Of a stretch of DNA of 32,000 bases, positions 9,201-17,845 are shown one piece after another. The DNA is from Mycolicibacterium smegmatis (GTDB taxonomy: Bacteria; Actinomycetota; Actinomycetes; Mycobacteriales; Mycobacteriaceae). Both the position numbers and the translations under genes were made by a program. Within the stretch, counting starts at the first letter, position 1; every line of letters begins with the position of its first letter. The notes below the pieces were generated by a model. That model did not search any database. It saw nothing but the letters and a program-made list of their open reading frames with translations, and was not told where the DNA came from. Location: NCBI RefSeq assembly GCF_001457595.1, contig NZ_LN831039.1, positions 1,500,001 through 1,532,000 on the forward strand. Direction: 5' to 3'.

Positions 9201-10193
9201 TCAGGACGCGACGGCGGTCAGCTCCTCGCGCGTGGCTTCCTCGGTTGCTGGGGTGTGCGATATGGCGGACGCCAGACGTTCGCCGCGCGCCGACCATTCG
9301 GTGTCTGCCCACTCGATGCGAGCAGGGAAACGGCGCCAGTACTTGGGGTGCGAGCGCAGGTACACGCCGACGCTCGCGTGCACCCTGGCGTCGAACGGCA
9401 ACCGGCGGATCCCGACAGTCGGTGACGACCCGGCCAGGGCCTCGACATCGCCGGGGGCGAAATCACGTTCGCGCGCAGGCAATCCCGCGGCGACCGCGCC
9501 GTCGAGCACCCAGTCCAGTGCGATCTCGGCCAGCGGCGCGCACGCACCGTGGCCGCCGGTCACATCGCAGTGCGATCCGCGGAACCACACCTCGTCGAGT
9601 CGCGCGTCGTGGTGCATCACGCGGTGCGGAGCGTCGATCGCGACCGCGTGGCGGCCGTGCTCGACGTTGGTGAGCAGACCCGGTTCGCCGTGTGTGCCGG
9701 GGATCGCGGTGGCGTCCCACAGTCCCAAGAACCGCACTAGCACGGACGACGTACCGTCGCCGAGCAGGCCGGCGGTCACGGAGCTGACGCGGTGCCAGTC
9801 CGAGATGGTGCGCGGGGTGCGTGGGAGCACGTACGTCGAAAGCGCGTAGTCCACGAGGCCGAGAGGATCGTCGAATGTGGCGGGCACCAGTCCGACGGTG
9901 CCGAGCAGATTCGCGAGTTCACCCGCCAGGTGGCCGCCCGTGCCCGCGCCGAAGAGGAAGATCCGGTCACCGGGTTTCCACGCGTCGCGCAGGAAGTTGT
10001 ACGCCTCGACCACCGCGGTGCGCGCCTCGGAGACGGCAGTGACGCGGCGGTAGACGGGGAGCTTGCGCGCGCAGTGGTACCAGGTCAGTGCAGCGGAGTC
10101 GTCCAGCAAAGCCAACAGCGCCTTGATGTTGGTATCGGCGCCCGATGCGGACTGTTCACCCGACTGGTCGAAGCAGAGCGCGATGTTCTTCAT
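9201..10193 (-). CDS. DUF2235-like (Tle1-type alpha/beta hydrolase fold) protein with a degenerate nucleophile motif
   Basis: ORF 9201..10217, with the start taken at ATG 10193 (MKNIALCFD). Family-like blocks are FLGLWDATAIPG, HAVAIDAPHRV and EVWFRGSHCDVTGGHG. The expected GFSRGA block reads GAGTGG. Confidence 0.6.
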   Translation of the reverse strand: MKNIALCFDQSGEQSASGADTNIKALLALLDDSAALTWYHCARKLPVYRRVTAVSEARTAVVEAYNFLRDAWKPGDRIFLFGAGTGGHLAGELANLLGTVGLVPATFDDPLGLVDYALSTYVLPRTPRTISDWHRVSSVTAGLLGDGTSSVLVRFLGLWDATAIPGTHGEPGLLTNVEHGRHAVAIDAPHRVMHHDARLDEVWFRGSHCDVTGGHGACAPLAEIALDWVLDGAVAAGLPARERDFAPGDVEALAGSSPTVGIRRLPFDARVHASVGVYLRSHPKYWRRFPARIEWADTEWSARGERLASAISHTPATEEATREELTAVAS

Positions 10194-10329
10194 GGCGACC
10201 CCCCGCCAAACCGACAACTAGCTTGCAGGTTTCAGTTTGCCGGATAACACGGGCAGCTGTCTTGCGTATTGCGCTACTCGAAAATACTTCTGCGACGGAT
10301 TCTTGCGCAGGCAATCGAATGAACAACGA

Positions 10330-10347
10330 AATCCGTGGCTACGGATT
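10330..10347 (-). terminator. Hairpin AATCCGT-GGCT-ACGGATT in the 218-bp spacer downstream of the MBL-hydrolase gene
   Basis: 7-bp perfect stem. On the minus strand it is followed by the moderately T-rich TTCGTTGTTCATT. Confidence 0.25.
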
Positions 10348-10435
10348 GATCAGACGGGGTAATTGGTCCCTCATCCGCGCGATCGTCCGGTGGATTCCGC
10401 AACAGCCCGTCTGAATGCGCCATCGGGCAGTGGGT

Positions 10436-11173
10436 TCATCCGCCCATCAGCATGCGCCACTGGTCGAGGTTCGACGCGCGATACACGTAGTTGCTGCGCT
10501 TCACTTCCTCAAGCGGCGCGCTCGGCTCGGCCGAGTACCAGTGGCCCGGGTAGACCGTCGGGTCGCCGGGCAGCTTGGCCAGCGCCTGCAGGCTGCGGAA
10601 CATGTCGTCGACATTGCCGCCAGGAAAGTCGGTGCGACCACACCCCTCGAGAAACAGGGTGTCACCCGCGACGAGTCGGCCGTCGACCAGGAAGCACTGG
10701 CTGCCCGGCGTGTGACCGGGCGTGTGCAGAAGCTCGATGTCGATCGCTCCGACGCTGATCGTGTCGCCGTGCTCGTGGGCCGACAGCTCGCTGCGTGCGA
10801 TACCGGTGACCTGCGAGACCCAGTCGGCCTCGTGGGAGTTGACGTGCACCGGCACGCTGCGGTGTTCGAGCAGTTCGGCAACACCCTTGAGGGTGAAGCC
10901 CATCATCGATCCGCCCACGTGGTCGGGGTGGTGGTGGGTGACCAGCACGCCCGCGAGTTGCATGCCGTCGGCCTCGAGCGTGGCGGCGAGCTCGTCGGCC
11001 GCATATGCCGGGTCGACCACGACGGCCTCGCCGGTCTCGCGGTCGCCGATGAAGTAGGCGAAGTTGCGCATCTGCTGCGCGATCGGGTCGGCGCCCGCGA
11101 AGTCGCGGCCCGACAGCAGTTGGCGGAAATAGAAGCGGTCGTTCGCTGCGGGGTCAGACGTGCGCTCAGCCAT
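10436..11173 (-). CDS. MBL-fold metallo-hydrolase (glyoxalase II-like, Rv0634c-like)
   Basis: ORF 10436..11230, with the start taken at ATG 11173 (MAERTSD). Contains the THHHPDHVGG metal-binding motif, then HTPGHTPGS and a later GH. Confidence 0.85.
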   Translation of the reverse strand: MAERTSDPAANDRFYFRQLLSGRDFAGADPIAQQMRNFAYFIGDRETGEAVVVDPAYAADELAATLEADGMQLAGVLVTHHHPDHVGGSMMGFTLKGVAELLEHRSVPVHVNSHEADWVSQVTGIARSELSAHEHGDTISVGAIDIELLHTPGHTPGSQCFLVDGRLVAGDTLFLEGCGRTDFPGGNVDDMFRSLQALAKLPGDPTVYPGHWYSAEPSAPLEEVKRSNYVYRASNLDQWRMLMGG

Positions 11174-11227
11174 GCCGCAAGAGTATTGACACGTACCGCT
11201 GGCGCGAACCCGCAGGTCTAAAAACCG

Positions 11228-11279
11228 CACGTCATCACGTGTTTAACCGCACACGCCAAAAACTCGCATCGGATATGCG
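11228..11279. promoter_or_regulatory. Two short palindromes in the divergent MBL-hydrolase / nsrR spacer (candidate Rrf2 operator)
   Basis: CACGT-CATC-ACGTG (11228..11241) and CGCAT-CGGAT-ATGCG (11266..11279, flanked by A/T runs), 20 to 70 nt upstream of the nsrR ATG. Confidence 0.25.
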
Positions 11280-11300
11280 GAATTTATTAGCGTCAGCGGC

Positions 11301-11762
11301 ATGCACCTGACCCGCTTCACCGACCTGGGACTGCGCACGCTGATGCTGCTGTCGGCAGGCGAGTCACAGGATCAGCGGGTCACGACGCGCACCATCGCCA
11401 AGAGCGCCAACGCCTCGGAGCACCACGTCGCCAAGGCCGTCTCGAAGCTCGTCGAGATGGGCATGGTCCACGCGCGCCGCGGACGCGTCGGCGGACTCGA
11501 ACTCACCGAGGCGGGCCGCACCGCATCGATCGGCCGGTTGGTGCGCGAGCTCGAAGGCGACCGCGAGGTCATCGAGTGCGGCGGCGCCGCGCCGTGCCCG
11601 CTGATCGCCGCGTGCCGGCTGCGCCGCGCACTGGCCGAAGCCAAAGAGGCCTTCTACCGCGAACTCGACCGTTACACGGTCACCGATCTGACCGGCGGGC
11701 CCAGCCTGCCGATCGTGCTGCAACTCACCGCAGCGCAACCCGCCACCGAAAGGAACCCCTGA
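11301..11762 (+). CDS. nsrR: Rrf2-family transcriptional regulator, NsrR-like (three-Cys Fe-S cluster site)
   Basis: 153-aa ORF beginning MHLTRFTDLGLRTLMLL, a typical Rrf2 N-terminus, followed by an HTH. The Cys triad CGGAAPCPLIAAC is present. It sits directly upstream of hmp and overlaps it. Confidence 0.75.
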   Translation: MHLTRFTDLGLRTLMLLSAGESQDQRVTTRTIAKSANASEHHVAKAVSKLVEMGMVHARRGRVGGLELTEAGRTASIGRLVRELEGDREVIECGGAAPCPLIAACRLRRALAEAKEAFYRELDRYTVTDLTGGPSLPIVLQLTAAQPATERNP

Positions 11763-12997
11763 TGACCGTCACCACGCCCGAGCCCGCCGACGTACGCGTT
11801 GACCTCGAGCCCGAGCACGCCGAGATCGTCTCGGCGACACTGCCTCTCATCGGAGCGAACATCGACGCCATCACCTCGGAGTTCTACCGGCGGCTGTTCA
11901 CCAACCACCCCGAACTGCTGCGCAACCTGTTCAACCGCGGCAATCAGGCCCAAGGTGCACAGCAGCGCGCGCTCGCGGCCTCGATCGCGACATTCGCCAA
12001 GCACCTCGTAGACCCGGACCTGCCGCATCCCGCGGCACTGCTGTCACGCATCGGCCACAAGCACGCGTCGCTCGGGGTGACCGCCGAGCAGTACCCGATC
12101 GTGCACGACAACCTGTTCGCCGCGATCGTGGCGGTGCTGGGTGCCGACACCGTCACGCCCGAGGTCGCGGCGGCCTGGGACCGGGTGTTCTGGATCATGG
12201 CCGACACGCTGATCGCCCTGGAGCGCAACCTGTACGACGAGGCCGGCGTCGAACCCGGTGACGTGTACCGCAGGCTGCGTGTGGTCGGCCGCGTCGACGA
12301 CCCGTCCGGCGCCGTGCTGGTCACCGTCCGCGCCGCCGAACCCGTGAACTTCCTTCCGGGTCAATATGTTTCGGTTGGGGTGACGCTGCCCGACGGGGCG
12401 CGTCAGCTGCGCCAGTACAGCCTGGTCAGCGTCGCCGGGGCCACCGACCTGACGTTCGCGGTCAAGCCCGTCGAGGCGACCGCGGCGCAGCCCGCGGGCG
12501 AGGTGTCCAACTGGATCAGGGACAACGTCTGCGTCGGCGACCTGCTCGACGTCACGCTGCCGTTCGGCGACCTGCACACCGACGACCTCTCGACCGGCCC
12601 GGTGATGCTCATCTCGGCAGGCATCGGGATCACCCCGATGATCGGCATCCTCGAGCACCTCGCGGCCGAGCGTCCGGACGCGCACGTGCGGGTGCTGCAC
12701 GCCGACCGCAGCGACACCGCCCATCCGCTGCGTGAGCGTCAGCGCGAACTCGTCGACGCGCTGCCCGAGGCGTCGCTCGACATCTGGTACGAGGACGGCG
12801 TGACCGCGGGCATGCCCGGCGTGCACGCCGGGCTGCTCGACCTCGACGGCATCGAGCTGCCCGTCGAGCCTCAGATCTACCTGTGCGGTGGCGCCGGATT
12901 CGTCGACGCGGTGCGCGGTCAACTGGCCGCCCGCGGGGTGCCCGCCGAGCGCGTGCACTGCGAGCTCTTCGCGCCCAACGACTGGCTGCTCGATTAG
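11762..12997 (+). CDS. hmp: Flavohemoglobin / nitric oxide dioxygenase (globin + FAD + NAD(P)H domains)
   Basis: Start ATG 11762 lies inside ORF 11576..12997, with SD GAAAGGAA about 6 nt upstream. Globin motifs are FYRRLFTNHPELL, NQAQGAQQ and HKH. The FNR-type FAD site is RQYSL and the NAD site is SAGIGITPM. Confidence 0.9.
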   Translation: MTVTTPEPADVRVDLEPEHAEIVSATLPLIGANIDAITSEFYRRLFTNHPELLRNLFNRGNQAQGAQQRALAASIATFAKHLVDPDLPHPAALLSRIGHKHASLGVTAEQYPIVHDNLFAAIVAVLGADTVTPEVAAAWDRVFWIMADTLIALERNLYDEAGVEPGDVYRRLRVVGRVDDPSGAVLVTVRAAEPVNFLPGQYVSVGVTLPDGARQLRQYSLVSVAGATDLTFAVKPVEATAAQPAGEVSNWIRDNVCVGDLLDVTLPFGDLHTDDLSTGPVMLISAGIGITPMIGILEHLAAERPDAHVRVLHADRSDTAHPLRERQRELVDALPEASLDIWYEDGVTAGMPGVHAGLLDLDGIELPVEPQIYLCGGAGFVDAVRGQLAARGVPAERVHCELFAPNDWLLD

Positions 12998-13021
12998 ATC
13001 TGTGCAGGTCAAAGCCCCTTT

Positions 13022-13057
13022 GGCGGCCGCGTCAACCCGCGGTTTGGTGCGGCCGCC
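13022..13057 (+). terminator. GC-rich stem-loop downstream of hmp (9-bp arms GGCGGCCGC / GCGGCCGCC, 18-nt loop), no U-tract
   Basis: Perfect inverted repeat read directly from the sequence, 25 nt after the hmp stop. Mycobacterial terminators often lack U-tracts. Confidence 0.3.
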
Positions 13058-13116
13058 AGGGAGGCTGTACCCTCTTTAAGGCCCCGCGGCGAGAGTCGCG
13101 GGACTGAAGTAGGTAG

Positions 13117-13189
13117 GCCCCCTTAGCTCAGTCGGCAGAGCGTTTCCATGGTAAGGAAAAGGTCAACGGTTCGATTCCGTTAGGGGGCT
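13117..13189 (+). tRNA. thrT: tRNA-Thr (anticodon GGT)
   Basis: Folded by hand. Acceptor GCCCCCT/AGGGGGC, D arm GCTC-AGTCGGCA-GAGC, anticodon arm TTTCC-ATGGTAA-GGAAA, T arm AACGG-TTCGATT-CCGTT. CCA is not encoded. Confidence 0.93.
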
Positions 13190-13227
13190 CGGTGGACGTG
13201 CGGCGGACCGCCGCCTGTGTCTATCGG

Positions 13228-13301
13228 GGCGGTGTAGCTCAGCTGGTTAGAGCGCACGACTCATAATCGTGAGGTCGGGGGATCGAGCCCCCCCACCGCT
13301 A
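13228..13301 (+). tRNA. metT: tRNA-Met, elongator type (anticodon CAT)
   Basis: Folded by hand. Acceptor GGCGGTG/CACCGCT, D arm GCTC-AGCTGGTTA-GAGC, anticodon arm CACGA-CTCATAA-TCGTG, T arm GGGGG-ATCGAGC-CCCCC. The anticodon stem lacks the GGG/CCC signature of initiator tRNA. Confidence 0.88.
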
Positions 13302-13337
13302 CAGGACGAACAAGAACCGTGAAAGAGAGCAGTCGAC

Positions 13338-13505
13338 GTGGCCTCCAGTACTGACGTACGGCCCAAGATCACCTTGGCGTGCGAGGTGTGCAAGCACCGG
13401 AACTACATCACGAAGAAGAATCGCCGCAACGATCCCGACCGGCTCGAGATCAAGAAGTTCTGCCCGAACTGCGGAACCCATCAGCCGCACAAAGAGTCGC
13501 GGTAG
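13338..13505 (+). CDS. rpmG: 50S ribosomal protein L33 (zinc-ribbon C+ form, 55 aa)
   Basis: Not in the ORF track because it is too short. Hand translation from GTG 13338 gives [57 protein letters not shown]-like GAAAGAGAG lies upstream. Confidence 0.92.
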
Positions 13506-13515
13506 CCCAACGCCA

Positions 13516-13992
13516 GTGGCTCTGTCGTCGAAAATCGTCGGGATGCATTACCGGTATCCCGATTTTTATGAAGTCGGCCGGGAGAAGATCCGCGAGCATG
13601 CACTCGCGATCAAGAACGACGAGACGTACTTCTACGACGAAGACGCGGCCGCGGAGCTGGGCCATGACGCCCTGCCCGCGCCACTCACTTTCATCTGCAT
13701 CTTCGGCTATCAGGCGCAGTCCGCGTTCTTCGATCACGCCGACATCGGCGTGCGTGAGGCCAAGATCGTCCAGGTCGACCAGGAACTGAAGTTCTTCAAG
13801 CCGATCAAGGCCGGTGACCGTTTGTACTGCGACGTCTACGTCCACGCGGTTCGACGCGCGCACGGCACCGACATCATCGTGACCAAGAACATAATCACCA
13901 ACGACGCTGGTGAGATTGTCCAGGAGGCCTACACGACCCTCGCCGGGCGTGCGGGCGACGGAGAAGAGGGTTTTTCTGATGGCTATGCGTGA
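13516..13992 (+). CDS. hadA: (3R)-hydroxyacyl-ACP dehydratase subunit HadA (FAS-II, mycolic acid elongation)
   Basis: The 158-aa ORF MALSSKIVGMHYRYPDFYEVGREKIREHA... closely matches my recollection of M. tuberculosis HadA. It starts 10 nt after rpmG. Confidence 0.93.
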   Translation: MALSSKIVGMHYRYPDFYEVGREKIREHALAIKNDETYFYDEDAAAELGHDALPAPLTFICIFGYQAQSAFFDHADIGVREAKIVQVDQELKFFKPIKAGDRLYCDVYVHAVRRAHGTDIIVTKNIITNDAGEIVQEAYTTLAGRAGDGEEGFSDGYA

Positions 13993-14407
13993 GTTCAGTT
14001 CGGTCAAGGTCGGGGACACCCTGCCGGAAAGAGTCATCACGCTGACTCGCGGAGATCTGGTCAACTACGCCGGCGTCTCCGGCGACCTCAACCCGATCCA
14101 CTGGGACGACGAGATCGCCAAGCAGGTCGGTCTCGACACCGCGATCGCACACGGCATGCTGACCATGGGCCTCGGCGGCGGCTACGTCACCTCCTGGGTG
14201 GGCGACCCCGCCGCGGTCACCGAGTACAACGTGCGGTTCACCGCCGTGGTGCCGGTTCCCAACGACGGTGTCGGCGCGGAGATCACCTTCAACGGCCGGG
14301 TCAAGTCCGTCGATGCCGAGGAGAAGCTGGTCACCATCGCGATCTCGGCCACCGCCGGCGGCAAGAAGATCTTCGGGCGCGCCGTCGCCACCGCACGACT
14401 CGCCTAG
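13979..14407 (+). CDS. hadB: (3R)-hydroxyacyl-ACP dehydratase catalytic subunit HadB
   Basis: Start ATG 13979 lies inside ORF 13910..14407 and gives MAMREFSSVKVGD...GDLNPIHWDDEIAK (hotdog/MaoC hydratase motif), 142 aa. It overlaps the hadA end by 14 nt. Confidence 0.93.
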   Translation: MAMREFSSVKVGDTLPERVITLTRGDLVNYAGVSGDLNPIHWDDEIAKQVGLDTAIAHGMLTMGLGGGYVTSWVGDPAAVTEYNVRFTAVVPVPNDGVGAEITFNGRVKSVDAEEKLVTIAISATAGGKKIFGRAVATARLA

Positions 14408-14416
14408 GAGGCCGGT

Positions 14417-14926
14417 ATGGCGCTCAAGACTGACATCAAGGGAATGGTCTGGAAGTACCCGGACCCGTTCCTCATCGGGCGCGAGCAGATCCGCCAGTAC
14501 GCCAAGGCCGTCAAGGCCATGGACCCGGCCAGCCACGACGAGGCCGCGGCCGCCGAACTCGGGCACCCCGCGCTGGTCGCACCCCTGACCTTCGCGTCGA
14601 CCCTGGCACTGCTGGTGCAGCAGCACTTCTTCATGCACGTCGACGTCGGCATGCAGACCATGCAGATCGTGCAGGTGGACCAGAAGTTCATCTACCACAA
14701 GCCGCTGCTGGCCGGCGATCAGCTGCACGCGGTCATGGAGATCATGTCGCACGAGGAGCGCTTCGGCGCCGACATCGTCGTCACCCGCAACATCTGCACC
14801 AACGACGACGGTGAGGTCGTGCTCGAGGCCTACACCACCCTCATGGGCCACGAGGGCGACAACTCCATCTCGGTCAAGTGGGACCCGGAAACCGGCCAGG
14901 TGATCCGCAAGGCCATCGGTGAGTGA
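14417..14926 (+). CDS. hadC: (3R)-hydroxyacyl-ACP dehydratase subunit HadC
   Basis: 169-aa ORF paralogous to HadA (MALKTDIKGMVWKYPDPFLIGREQIRQYA...). Confidence 0.92.
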   Translation: MALKTDIKGMVWKYPDPFLIGREQIRQYAKAVKAMDPASHDEAAAAELGHPALVAPLTFASTLALLVQQHFFMHVDVGMQTMQIVQVDQKFIYHKPLLAGDQLHAVMEIMSHEERFGADIVVTRNICTNDDGEVVLEAYTTLMGHEGDNSISVKWDPETGQVIRKAIGE

Positions 14927-15001
14927 ACGGGGTTGACGAGGCGATTAGTAGTTGACACCCACGCCGGGGTACACTCGGCACTCGGGGTTTTTCCCATTTC
15001 A

Positions 15002-15043
15002 GCGCGCTTCCGTTCCGCTCCGCAAAGCGAACGGGGAGCGCGC
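15002..15043 (+). other. Long imperfect stem-loop in the hadC to tRNA-Trp spacer
   Basis: Arms GCGCGCTTCCGTTC and GAACGGGGAGCGCGC pair over about 15 bp with one bulge and one G-U, around a 13-nt loop. A TANNNT-type -10 candidate (TACACT, 14970..14975) lies upstream. Confidence 0.4.
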
Positions 15044-15098
15044 GAATTGTGTGAGCCCTGACCATGATGTGATGACAGTGCCAACATGTCGTCGCTGA

Positions 15099-15171
<73 letters not shown>

Positions 15172-15255
15172 CTCAAACTGAATACTGGACAGTGTGTGGA
15201 CACTGGAAGGTGACCTGGACGAACCAGTCCGCTATGAAGAGGAACGGAGTATGCG

Positions 15256-15690
15256 GTGAGCGACGAGCGCGAAGGTGCCGGCTCCGCAGACGACACGGGC
15301 ACGGACACTGACGGCACTGGTGAGACCCGCGGACAGACCGCGGTGGTGACCCGGCCGCTGCGGCCGACCGGAAAGCGGGCACGTCGCGGCGTGGCCGAGA
15401 GCACCGACGAGCCCGAGACCGCCGCCGAGGCAGCTGCCGCCGTCGAGGCGGGCGGTAAGGCGAAGAAGGTCAAGAAGGACGCCTCCGGACCTTCGCGGAA
15501 CCCGATCATGTTCGTCGTCAACTACCTCAAGCAGGTTGTTGCCGAACTCCGCAAGGTGATCTGGCCGAACCGTAAGCAGATGGTCAGCTACACCACGGTG
15601 GTGCTGGTCTTCCTGGTGTTCATGGTGGCGCTGATCGCCGGCGCGGATTACGGACTGGCGCGACTGGTGTCGCTGGTGTTCGGCACCTGA
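15256..15690 (+). CDS. secE: Preprotein translocase subunit SecE with a long charged N-terminal extension
   Basis: 144-aa ORF with a GTG start. The C-terminal core is [46 protein letters not shown] (SecE TM segment). It precedes nusG, as is usual. Confidence 0.9.
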   Translation: MSDEREGAGSADDTGTDTDGTGETRGQTAVVTRPLRPTGKRARRGVAESTDEPETAAEAAAAVEAGGKAKKVKKDASGPSRNPIMFVVNYLKQVVAELRKVIWPNRKQMVSYTTVVLVFLVFMVALIAGADYGLARLVSLVFGT

Positions 15691-15701
15691 CCGAGATTTG
15701 A

Positions 15702-16565
<864 letters not shown>

Positions 16566-16568
<3 letters not shown>

Positions 16569-16607
16569 CCGGTTCACGGCTAGAAACAAGGGGCGCTTCG
16601 CGCCCTT
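16566..16607 (+). other. Two tandem hairpins in the nusG-rplK spacer
   Basis: TAGCCG-GTTCA-CGGCTA (16566..16582, includes the nusG stop) and GGGGCGC-TTC-GCGCCC(TT) (16589..16607). No U-tract follows either. Confidence 0.35.
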
Positions 16608-16635
16608 GGATGAGCAAGGTAAAGGAACAACACGG

Positions 16636-17064
16636 ATGGCCCCGAAGAAGAAGGTCGCCGGGCTGATCAAGCTGCAGATCCAGGCTGGACAGGCAAACCC
16701 CGCCCCGCCGGTCGGTCCTGCGCTCGGCCAGCACGGCGTCAACATCATGGAGTTCTGCAAGGCGTACAACGCCGCGACCGAGTCGCAGCGCGGAAACGTC
16801 ATCCCCGTGGAGATCACCGTCTACGAGGACCGCAGCTTCACTTTCGCCCTGAAGACCCCGCCCGCCGCCAAGCTGCTGCTCAAGGCCGCTGGTGTGCAGA
16901 AGGGCTCGGGCGAGCCGCACAAGACCAAGGTTGCCAAGGTGACCTGGGATCAGGTGCGCGAGATCGCCGAGACCAAGAAGGCAGATCTCAACGCCAACGA
17001 CATCGACGCCGCAGCCAAGATCATCGCCGGCACCGCCCGGTCGATGGGCATCACGGTCGAGTAA
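16636..17064 (+). CDS. rplK: 50S ribosomal protein L11
   Basis: Start ATG 16636 lies inside ORF 16606..17064, after SD AAAGGAA. Gives [45 protein letters not shown], 142 aa. Confidence 0.95.
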
Positions 17065-17129
17065 GACATTTCCGTGGGAGGGCTGGCTTCGGCCCGCACC
17101 ACGACTCCAACGACACGATTGGACTCACA

Positions 17130-17837
17130 ATGAGCAAGAACAGCAAGGCATACCGCGAGGCCGCGGAGAAGGTCGACCGGACCAAGCTCTACACGCCGCT
17201 GGAAGCCGCGAAACTGGCCAAGGAGACCTCCTCCAAGAAGCAGGACGCCACCGTCGAGGTTGCCATCCGCCTCGGCGTCGACCCCCGCAAGGCCGACCAG
17301 ATGGTCCGCGGCACCGTCAACCTGCCCCACGGCACCGGTAAGACCGCGCGCGTCGCGGTGTTCGCCGTCGGTGAGAAGGCCGAGCAGGCCCAGGCCGCAG
17401 GCGCCGACATCGTCGGCAGCGACGACCTGATCGAGAAGATCCAGGGCGGCTTCCTGGACTTCGACGCCGCGATCGCCACACCGGACCAGATGGCCAAGGT
17501 CGGCCGTATCGCCCGCGTGCTCGGCCCGCGTGGCCTGATGCCGAACCCCAAGACCGGCACCGTCACCCCCGATGTGGCCAAGGCTGTGCAGGACATCAAG
17601 GGCGGCAAGATCAACTTCCGCGTCGACAAGCAGGCCAACCTGCACTTCATCATCGGCAAGGCGTCGTTCGACGAGACCAAGCTGGCCGAGAACTACGGCG
17701 CGGCGCTCGACGAGGTTCTGCGCGCCAAGCCGTCGTCGTCCAAGGGCCGTTACCTCAAGAAGGTGACCGTCTCGACGACCACCGGCCCGGGCATCCCGGT
17801 CGACCCCTCGGTCACCCGGAACTTCACCGAGGCCTGA
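17130..17837 (+). CDS. rplA: 50S ribosomal protein L1
   Basis: 235-aa [19 protein letters not shown]...[13 protein letters not shown]...[15 protein letters not shown]. Confidence 0.95.
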   Translation: MSKNSKAYREAAEKVDRTKLYTPLEAAKLAKETSSKKQDATVEVAIRLGVDPRKADQMVRGTVNLPHGTGKTARVAVFAVGEKAEQAQAAGADIVGSDDLIEKIQGGFLDFDAAIATPDQMAKVGRIARVLGPRGLMPNPKTGTVTPDVAKAVQDIKGGKINFRVDKQANLHFIIGKASFDETKLAENYGAALDEVLRAKPSSSKGRYLKKVTVSTTTGPGIPVDPSVTRNFTEA

Positions 17838-17845
17838 TCTCTTTC

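Noticed and set aside
9189-9201. Palindrome AGCAAA-C-TTTGCT next to the DUF2235-like stop codon
   Set aside because: The arms are only 6 bp with a 1-nt centre, which is too short to fold and too short to separate from chance. I kept no feature for it.
11255-11290. Match to the enterobacterial NsrR operator (AAGATGCATTT-type inverted repeat)
   Set aside because: GATGC/GCATC-like half-sites are present but in the opposite arrangement: GC-rich cores at the centre and A/T on the outside. I cannot claim a consensus NsrR site, and report it only as an unclassified palindrome.
13228-13301. tRNA-Met as the initiator tRNA
   Set aside because: The anticodon stem is CACGA/TCGTG and lacks the three consecutive G-C pairs typical of initiators. 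The context upstream of rpmG matches the elongator metT.
14952-14975. TTGACA ... TACACT as a canonical sigma-70-type -35/-10 pair upstream of tRNA-Trp
   Set aside because: The spacing is only 12 nt, so the two hexamers cannot work as a standard pair. I kept only TACACT as a weak TANNNT-type -10 candidate.
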